From Alphaproteobacteria bacterium (GTDB lineage Bacteria > Pseudomonadota > Alphaproteobacteria > CAAGCB01 > CAG-977): 64,000 nt of DNA. The notes beneath the pieces were generated by a model, which was not told the origin of the DNA, did no database searches, and worked only from the letters and a program-made list of their open reading frames with translations. The stretch spans positions 7,089 through 71,088 of the forward strand of contig JAFYCE010000101.1 in assembly GCA_017539865.1 (NCBI GenBank), in the 5' to 3' direction. Position numbers and translations under genes: made by a program. Positions 56,857-64,000 of this stretch are shown in pieces; the stretch's first letter is position 1, and each line of letters opens with the position of its first letter.

Positions 56857-57958
56857 TCATTCCTTTATCTTCGAAGCCAAAGACGCTTCCAAAAACAAAT
56901 CGATGTCCCCGTCCAAAACGGCGCGGACGTTCGACGTTTCGGCTTCCGTACGCAAGTCTTTGACCATTTGGTAGGGCTGCAAAACATACGACCGGATCTG
57001 ATATCCCCAGCCGATGTCCGATTTCGATTCTTCAACGGCATTGTGCTGTTCTTCGCGCTTTTTCAATTCCAGTTCGTATAAACGCGCACGCAGCATCCCC
57101 CACGCCGTGTCCCTGTTCTGAAACTGCGACCGCTGCGTCTGGCACGAAACGACAATGCCCGTCGGCAAATGCGTGATGCGGACGGCCGATTCCGTCTTGT
57201 TGACGTGCTGTCCGCCCGCCCCCGAAGACCGGTACGTGTCGATTTTGCAGTCCGCCGGATTGATGTCGATCTTGATCGTGTCGTCAATCACCGGATAAAC
57301 CCAGGCCGACGCAAAGCTGGTGTGTCGGCGCGCATTCGCATCAAACGGCGATATGCGCACCAGACGGTGTACGCCGCTTTCCGTTTTCAGCCAGCCGAAA
57401 GCGTTGTGTCCGCTGATCCGGATGACGGCGGATTTGATGCCCGCTTCTTCGCCGTCGCTCTGTTCCAACAGTTCCGTTTTGTATCCGTGCTTTTCCGCCC
57501 AGCGCATATACATCCGCAGCAGCATGCTTGTCCAATCCTGCGCTTCGGTGCCGCCGGCTCCCGCGTGCAGTTCCAAAAACGTGTCGTTATGGTCGGCTTC
57601 GCCGGAAAGCAACGCTTCCAGTTCGCTTTTTTGAACCTGCGCGTGCAAAGCTTCCAGCGCGTGCTGCGCTTCGCTCAGGACGGTTTCGTCGTTTTCCGCT
57701 TCGGCCAACTCTATCAGGTCGGCCGTGTCTTTCAATTCCTTTTCCTGCGATGAGATCGACTGAATCGATGTTTCCAGATAATTGCGCTCCGACAGCAGCT
57801 TTTGCGCCTTTTCCGGATCGTTCCACAGATCCCCGTCCGCTGTCAGCGAATTGATTTCATCCAAACGATTGACGGCTGCATCCCAGTCAAAGACGCCTCC
57901 TCAGCAGAACTAAAGACTGCTCGATGTCGTTGATGATGGATTGTAATTCCGCTTTCAT
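56857..57958 (-). CDS. prfB: Peptide chain release factor 2, with programmed +1 frameshift (exon 1 57890..57958, exon 2 56857..57888).
   Basis: Frame 0: MKAELQSIINDIEQSLVLLRRRL then TGA. Shift site AGGAGG CGT CTT TGA C. Frame +1 continues DWDAAVNRLDEINSL...SGAGGQHVNKTESAVRITHLPTGIV (GGQ motif). Confidence 0.9.
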
Positions 57959-57972
57959 GTCATGCCTCTTTC

Positions 57973-60465
57973 CTAAAATACGCCGCCGATTCCCGGAATG
58001 TTGTCTTCCTCTTCCTCCGTTTGGGAGGCCTTTGTGCTTTCCCGTTCGTCGGTTTCATTTGATTCGTTCGCCGTGTCTTCCGAACCGTCAATATAGCCTT
58101 TGATTTTGCCTTGCCAGTTTTCATCCGCTTTGAACGCTTCCAGAACCACATCCGTATCTTTCGGTGAAGCGGGCTTTCCCGTTTTGTGGTTGACGCGGAC
58201 GAAACGGATGCCCGTCGGCACACGGAACGGAATTAAAGGCTGGTTCTTTAGCGCAGAATTCACAAAGTCTTTGAAAACAGGCGCGGCAATCACACCGCCC
58301 GTGTCGTGATCCCCCAATGTTCTGGGATCGTCAAAACCTAAAAATATCGCAACGACCAAGTCCGGCGTCATGCCCACGAACCATCCGTCAAAAGAACTGT
58401 TCGACGTTCCCGTCTTGCCCGCAAACGTTTTGCCTAACGAACGCAGGGATTGCGCGCTCCCCCCCGGCTGCAGGACGCCGGTCATGATGTTGATGATTTG
58501 ATACGCGCTGCGCGGGTCTTCTATCTGTTCGCGAATATCCGGAATTTTCGGGGCGTTCTCGCCTGTCCAGCCTTCGGTATGGCACTTTTCGCACGGACGC
58601 GAATCCGAATTGTAAACGGTCGTTCCCGTCCTGTCCTGAATGCGGTCGATCAAAACGGGTTCGATCTTTTTGCCGCCGTTCACCAGCATGCCGTACGCCG
58701 TCGCCATCCGTAAAACGGTGGTTTCCCCCGATCCCAACGCAATCGACATCTGATTCGGTATGTCGTCCGATATGCCGAATTTTTTCGCATACTCGACAAC
58801 CTTGTCGATACCGATCGCTTTTGCCAGACGGACGGTCATCAGATTACGGGATTTCTCAATCCCCATCCGCAGCGTCGTCGGCCCGTAAAAACGCTTGGAA
58901 TAGTTTTTCGGTTTCCATTTCCCCAAACCGTTGCCTTGATCCATGACAAACGGCGCGTCCAAAATCAACGAAGACGGCGTAAAACCTTCATCCAATGCCG
59001 CCAGATATACAAACGGCTTGAATGACGACCCCGGCTGACGTTTGGCTTGAACGGCGCGATTGAACTGGGAACGCTTGAACGAATAGCCGCCCACCATCGC
59101 CAGTACACGACCCGTGTGCGGATCCAGAACGACCATCGCCCCCTCCACATTCGGAAGCTGGCGCAAAGCATATGTACCGTCGGGATAAGGCTGACGCTTG
59201 GCATCGCGCTTGACCGGTTCCACCCAGACGACATCGCCGGCGGATAAAACCTGATCCGCAGACTGGATTTCAGGACCCAACGTCTGATCCGGCATATTCT
59301 TTTGCGCCCATTTCATTTCCGCCAAGGGAAGCGTTCCCTTCTCTCCGGATTTCAGACCGATTTCCACCGTTTCCTTTTCTACGGACAGAACAATCGCCGG
59401 CATCCATTCGGACGGGGCGTAAACCGGAACGGAAACCGATTGCAACGCTTGAGCCCAGTCGTCTTGTTCCGAAAGTTCGATATGCGTAATCGGGGCGCGG
59501 AAACCGTGCCGCTGATCGTAAGTGATCAAGCCGCGCCGCAATGCTTTGGCCGCGTGTTTCTGCATTTCCGGATCGACCGTCGTCCGGACGACCAGCCCGC
59601 CTTCATATAAAGCGTTCTCACCATAGCGGGACACCAGAAAACGGCGGACTTCTTCGGAAAAATATTCGGCATCCGTCGTCACTTCCTTTTCCGAACGGGT
59701 CGCCAGAGTGATCGGTTCCTCCGAAGCGGTTTTCGCCTGTTCTTCGGTAATATAGCCTTCTTCCAGCATACGGGACAAAACCCAGTTTCTGCGCGCAATC
59801 GCTTCGTCATAGCGCTTGTTCGGGTCGTAATTGTTCGGCCCTTTCGGCAAGGCGGCCAAAAACGCGCATTCCGCAATCGTCAATTCGTCAAGCGATTTGT
59901 TGAAATAATTCAATGCCGCCGCCGCAATCCCGTAGGAATAATGCCCCAGATAAATCTGGTTCAAATATAATTCCGCTATGTATTCTTTGGAAAAAGCCCG
60001 TTCGATGCGGATAGCCAGAATGGCTTCCTTGATTTTGCGCTCGAAAGACGCTTCGTTCGTCAGCAAAAAGTTTTTCGCCACCTGCTGCGTGATGGTCGAC
60101 GCTCCGATCATACGCCGACCCGAACCGATAAAACGGATGTTTTGAATGACGGCGCGGATAATACCCAGAAAGTCAATGCCGCCATGCGTGAAAAACTTTT
60201 TGTCCTCGGCGGAAATAAAGGCTTGAACCAACGGCTTGGGAATGGCTTCATACGGAACGAACGCCCGCTTTTCGGCGGCGTATTCCGCCAGCAGGCGGCC
60301 GTCCGAAGCATACAACCGGCTGGTAATCGGCGGCTCGTATGTCGCCAGACGCCGGTAGTCGTCAACGCTTTTCCCGTAATATGAAAAAATCAAAAGAAGC
60401 GCTATCAGCCCTAAAATCACTAAAAAAAGCGCGTAACTGACAAGTGTTGAAAAAAGTTTTGACAT
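57973..60465 (-). CDS. mrcA: Penicillin-binding protein 1A (bifunctional glycosyltransferase/transpeptidase).
   Basis: N-terminal TM segment, GT51 motifs (EDKKFFTHGGID, GASTITQQ), transpeptidase STFK and KTGT. ATG at 60465 chosen over the TTG at 60489. Confidence 0.9.
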   Translation of the reverse strand: MSKLFSTLVSYALFLVILGLIALLLIFSYYGKSVDDYRRLATYEPPITSRLYASDGRLLAEYAAEKRAFVPYEAIPKPLVQAFISAEDKKFFTHGGIDFLGIIRAVIQNIRFIGSGRRMIGASTITQQVAKNFLLTNEASFERKIKEAILAIRIERAFSKEYIAELYLNQIYLGHYSYGIAAAALNYFNKSLDELTIAECAFLAALPKGPNNYDPNKRYDEAIARRNWVLSRMLEEGYITEEQAKTASEEPITLATRSEKEVTTDAEYFSEEVRRFLVSRYGENALYEGGLVVRTTVDPEMQKHAAKALRRGLITYDQRHGFRAPITHIELSEQDDWAQALQSVSVPVYAPSEWMPAIVLSVEKETVEIGLKSGEKGTLPLAEMKWAQKNMPDQTLGPEIQSADQVLSAGDVVWVEPVKRDAKRQPYPDGTYALRQLPNVEGAMVVLDPHTGRVLAMVGGYSFKRSQFNRAVQAKRQPGSSFKPFVYLAALDEGFTPSSLILDAPFVMDQGNGLGKWKPKNYSKRFYGPTTLRMGIEKSRNLMTVRLAKAIGIDKVVEYAKKFGISDDIPNQMSIALGSGETTVLRMATAYGMLVNGGKKIEPVLIDRIQDRTGTTVYNSDSRPCEKCHTEGWTGENAPKIPDIREQIEDPRSAYQIINIMTGVLQPGGSAQSLRSLGKTFAGKTGTSNSSFDGWFVGMTPDLVVAIFLGFDDPRTLGDHDTGGVIAAPVFKDFVNSALKNQPLIPFRVPTGIRFVRVNHKTGKPASPKDTDVVLEAFKADENWQGKIKGYIDGSEDTANESNETDERESTKASQTEEEEDNIPGIGGVF

Positions 60466-60528
60466 TATTTCCGTTCCGTTCGAATCCAACTGTGCAGTTT
60501 ACCTTCAGGTTTCAGTTTTGTCCATGCT

Positions 60529-61728
60529 CTAATTGAAGTTTGCCTTATGCTTTTCGGCAAAATAGGAATCAATCGCGCGGACGGATGCTTTGGCCAGCTT
60601 TTCCCGATAGGGCGCCTGACGCAGCAGTTTTTCCTCCTCTTTATTGGACAGGTAGCCCATTTCAATCAAAACGGACGGTACATCGGGCGATTTCAATACG
60701 GCAAAACCCGCAAAACGGTGCGAATTTTGCAGAACCGTGATTTCCTTGCGAATTTCCGTCATCAGCTTTTCCGCAAAATAAGACGAGTGATTGTTCGTTT
60801 CGCGTCTGGCCAGATCAATCAGAATGTCCGTGACTTCCTGTGTTTCGCCGGACAGGTCTATACCGGCGATCAAGTCGACTTTGTTTTCTGATTCGGCCAG
60901 TTTTTCCGCTTCTTTATCCGATGCTTTTTCGGAAAGGGTGTAAACCGACAATCCTCGGGTTTCCGGTTTTCTGATGCTGTCCGCATGAATGGATATGAAC
61001 AAGTCCGCGTTGACGGAGCGGGCGAATCGCCGGCGGGCGTATAATGCAATGAAAATGTCCGTTTCGCGCGTCAGTTTGACCCGATAACGTCCCGTTTTTT
61101 CCAGCAGTTCCCGCAGCTGTTTTGCCATAGCCAGCGTCAAATGCTTTTCATAAACGCCGGAAACGCCGATGGCTCCGGGATCTTTGCCGCCGTGTCCCGG
61201 ATCCAGAACGATCAAAGGCTTGACTTTTGGCTGTTCGGCGGTTTGTTGTACAGGCTTTTTTTCTTCGGCAACGGAGTTGTCATACCATTCCGGCGTGACT
61301 TGTTTCAGGTTGTCCGTTTTCGCCATCAGCTCCAAGTCAACGACCAATCGCCATTGAAAACCGCTTTGAGGTGTCAGCGTAAACGATTTTTTGATGATGA
61401 CCGACCGGTTCAACTCTAAAACGATTCGCGCGGCGGAAGCGTCCGTCTTTCCCAGCCGGATGCCGTTCAGATAATCCCTTTTGGGAAGATCGCTTTCTTT
61501 CACGCTGAAAGACGTCCCCGGCAAGTCGATGACAACACGATCGGGATTTGTCAACGGAAAGATTTTACTGTCGACCTGTTCCGATAAGTCGATGACAATG
61601 CGAACGGTCGAACCGCTTTGCGCTCCCAGCCGGATGTCTTGAACGACGGCGCATTCCCCTTGCCGCGGATACAGAGCGGTGGCCGCAATAAAAATCAAAA
61701 AGAGAAATATTCGGCGGAAAACGGTCAT
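60529..61728 (-). CDS. amiC: N-acetylmuramoyl-L-alanine amidase with an AMIN domain (AmiC-type).
   Basis: Signal peptide, N-terminal AMIN domain, amidase_3 domain (VLDPGHGGKDPGA, SIHADS). Confidence 0.85.
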   Translation of the reverse strand: MTVFRRIFLFLIFIAATALYPRQGECAVVQDIRLGAQSGSTVRIVIDLSEQVDSKIFPLTNPDRVVIDLPGTSFSVKESDLPKRDYLNGIRLGKTDASAARIVLELNRSVIIKKSFTLTPQSGFQWRLVVDLELMAKTDNLKQVTPEWYDNSVAEEKKPVQQTAEQPKVKPLIVLDPGHGGKDPGAIGVSGVYEKHLTLAMAKQLRELLEKTGRYRVKLTRETDIFIALYARRRFARSVNADLFISIHADSIRKPETRGLSVYTLSEKASDKEAEKLAESENKVDLIAGIDLSGETQEVTDILIDLARRETNNHSSYFAEKLMTEIRKEITVLQNSHRFAGFAVLKSPDVPSVLIEMGYLSNKEEEKLLRQAPYREKLAKASVRAIDSYFAEKHKANFN

Positions 61729-62067
61729 TTTAGAAGCTTTCTTTTCCTTAAAACAAAAATTTCTGATTGATAATACTAAAATATGATTGTTCTTTAGTTA
61801 ATAGATGGTTATTCTAAGCACGCTGTAAACAATTTTTTTTGTTGAGGGCTTTTTTTCGCCGCCGCAAACGGACGGAAAAAAGAAAAACGTATAGCGTTTC
61901 TCAAAGTTTTTTGCGGAACGGAAACAGGGGCTTTTTTTAGACGATGGAACAGTTGATAAACATGAATCAAAACTGCGGCTCGGTATTCGTCCCTTTCCGT
62001 CTTTCCGCAGGTGTATTTAATAAGCTGCAGTCCTTCGCGGGCTGTATGGCGCGGAGTTTTATTGTTA

Positions 62068-64000
62068 ATGACCAAAAAGATGCTTATAGACGCCACTCAT
62101 TCCGAAGAAATGAGGGTGGTCGTCGTGGACGGAACCCGTCTGGATGAACTGGATATCGAAACATCAACCAAAAGACAACTGAAAGGAAACATCTATCTGG
62201 CCAAAGTCGCCAGAGTCGAACCGTCTTTGCAGGCGGCTTTTGTCGATTATGGCGGAAATCGACACGGTTTTCTCGCTTTTAACGAAATCCATCCCGATTA
62301 TTATCAGATCCCCGTCGCGGATCGCGAGGCTTTGAAGGAAGCTTTGCTGCAGGAGGAAGCTGAAGACGATGACGAAGAAGACGGAAATAAAAAAGGCCGT
62401 CGCCGCCGCCGTTCCAAAAAAGGGGATGAAAACGAAGCTCAGCCGATGAACGCCGAACAGGATCCTTCCGTTCAGGACGAATCGGAAAATGCCGAAGACG
62501 TCGAGCAGATCGTTGAAACCGTCAGCGAAAACGAAAGCGACGAAGTCATCGCCCGCAATCGTTACAATCAGATTAAACATTATAAAATTCAGGAAGTGAT
62601 TCACCGCGGTCAGGTTCTGTTGGTGCAGGTGATTAAAGAAGAACGCGGCAACAAAGGCGCGGCGTTGACAACGTATCTGTCTTTGGCCGGCCGGTATTGC
62701 GTGTTGATGCCGAATAATGCGCGCGGCGGCGGCGTTTCCAGAAAAATCACCAATGCGGCAGACAGAAAACGGCTGAAATCCATTGTCGCAAAATTGCCGC
62801 TGCCGACGGGAATGTCCGTTATCGTCAGAACGGCGGGTAAGGAAAGAACCAGTTTGGAAATCAAACGCGACTACGAGTATTTGATTAAAACGTGGGTTCA
62901 GATTCGCGATAAGACGATGGAATCTTCCGCTCCGGCGCTGATTCACGAGGAGGGAAACCTGATTAAACGGGCTTTGCGCGATATGTATACGCGTGATATT
63001 TCCGAAGTTTTGATCGAAGGTGAAGCCGAATACCGTATGGCCAAGGAGTTCATGAAAATTTTAACGCCCAGCCATGCCAAGAAAATCAAGCTGTATAAAG
63101 ACGATACCGTACCGCTGTTTTTCCGTTATCAGGTGGAAGGTCAGCTGGAAGCTCTGCACAGCAATATCGTTCAACTGAAGTCCGGAGCTTATCTGGTCAT
63201 GGATCAGACCGAAGCTTTGGTCGCAATTGACGTGAACTCGGGACGGGCGACAAAAGAACGCAATATTGAAGAAACCGCTTTGAAAACAAATCTGGAAGCG
63301 GCAGATGAAATCGCCCGTCAGCTGCGGCTGCGCGATATGGCCGGCTTGGTCGTTATCGATTTCATCGATATGGAGGAAGCTCGCAACAATCATGCGGTTG
63401 AACGCCGGATGAAAGAGGCTTTGAAACGCGATCGCGCCCGCGTTCAGATGGGACGGATCACCGGTTTCGGTCTGATGGAACTGTCACGCCAACGGTTGCA
63501 TTCAAGCTTTATTGAAACCAGTTATTCTCTGTGTCCGTACTGCAAAGGCAAAGGCATGATGCGGTCGACGGAATCCGTTTCCATACATACGCTTCATGTG
63601 TTGGAGGAAGAAAGTCTGAAACGCCGGTTCAGCGAATTGCATATGACGGTTCCGACGCCGACCGCTTTGTATGTACTGAACAAGAAACGCGAAGATCTGC
63701 ACAAGATCGAAACGGCTTACAATGTCCGCATTTTCTTGGAAACGGATGATTCCTTATTATTCCCGACGGATTACCGTATGGAACGCGTCGTTCGTGTGGA
63801 AGAACCGGAACAGCCGGCCGTTTCCGAACCGGAAGCGATTGAAGAAGATGGGGAAACTCAACAAAATCAAGAGGATGCTCCATCGGTACACGCTGAAAAA
63901 GCACCGCGGGATCGCCGCCGTCGTCGCAACCGCCGCGACCGTCAAGACAGACAGGCGGAAAAAAACGAAGCCGCCGCTACACCGGAAGAAAATTCCGAAG
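62068..64000 (+). CDS. rne: Ribonuclease E (N-terminal part; continues beyond the window end).
   Basis: MTKKMLIDATHSEEMRVVVVDGTRLDELDIE (S1 domain), catalytic domain, Zn-link CPYCKGKG, then an Arg-rich region. Not in the ORF track because there is no stop in the window. Confidence 0.9.
   Translation, partial: MTKKMLIDATHSEEMRVVVVDGTRLDELDIETSTKRQLKGNIYLAKVARVEPSLQAAFVDYGGNRHGFLAFNEIHPDYYQIPVADREALKEALLQEEAEDDDEEDGNKKGRRRRRSKKGDENEAQPMNAEQDPSVQDESENAEDVEQIVETVSENESDEVIARNRYNQIKHYKIQEVIHRGQVLLVQVIKEERGNKGAALTTYLSLAGRYCVLMPNNARGGGVSRKITNAADRKRLKSIVAKLPLPTGMSVIVRTAGKERTSLEIKRDYEYLIKTWVQIRDKTMESSAPALIHEEGNLIKRALRDMYTRDISEVLIEGEAEYRMAKEFMKILTPSHAKKIKLYKDDTVPLFFRYQVEGQLEALHSNIVQLKSGAYLVMDQTEALVAIDVNSGRATKERNIEETALKTNLEAADEIARQLRLRDMAGLVVIDFIDMEEARNNHAVERRMKEALKRDRARVQMGRITGFGLMELSRQRLHSSFIETSYSLCPYCKGKGMMRSTESVSIHTLHVLEEESLKRRFSELHMTVPTPTALYVLNKKREDLHKIETAYNVRIFLETDDSLLFPTDYRMERVVRVEEPEQPAVSEPEAIEEDGETQQNQEDAPSVHAEKAPRDRRRRRNRRDRQDRQAEKNEAAATPEENSE

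Noticed and set aside
60466-60489. A TTG start for mrcA as given by the ORF track.
   Set aside because: The in-frame ATG at 60465 (MSKLF...) directly precedes the TM helix and is the more conventional start. The difference is only 8 codons.
1-64000. Scanned for rRNA, tmRNA, SRP RNA, RNase P and CRISPR arrays.
   Set aside because: No recognisable conserved cores (e.g. the 4.5S GGTCCGGAAGGAAGCAGCC or the tmRNA tag region) and no spacer-repeat arrays were seen by eye. The only RNA gene I can support is tRNA-Arg.

Overview
This 64-kb window looks like chromosome from an alphaproteobacterium-like genome (about 50% GC). Evidence for that is the gene order def-fmt-truA, alaS-alr-mlaEF-radA-cvpA-tsaB-rimI, lptM-lysA, ftsEX-DUF218-plsC and amiC-mrcA-prfB, plus a partial rne. 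Several proteins have Lys/Glu/Pro-rich C-terminal tails.

Positions 1 to about 6,950 look like the decayed end of an integrative/mobilizable element sitting next to an argU-like tRNA-Arg(UCU). It carries a phage tail-fibre gene, a MOBQ-type relaxase with MobC, an ArdC anti-restriction gene and an AT-rich McrA-like HNH endonuclease. It also carries an HU gene. A ~200-230 bp promoter/leader cassette with a conserved hairpin appears twice inside it.

After that comes a 1,540-aa Pmp-like autotransporter with nine GGAI/FxxN repeats. Next is a terminator-bracketed block that mixes fliO, fliP and an FlhB-C-like gene with unknown proteins, including a degenerate trehalose-phosphatase-like HAD protein. 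A housekeeping core follows, including a short NAD-GDH, an RND efflux pair, gpt, lysA and ftsEX.

The feature I consider most novel is at 51.6-54.9 kb: a ~1,090-aa protein with a TadE/prepilin-type (class III) N-terminus fused to a huge Cys/Asn/Thr-rich repeat domain. A co-oriented membrane-anchored partner gene follows it, and no pilus assembly genes are visible in the window.

prfB carries the canonical programmed +1 frameshift site. All calls come from reading the sequence and ORF translations; no database searches were run.
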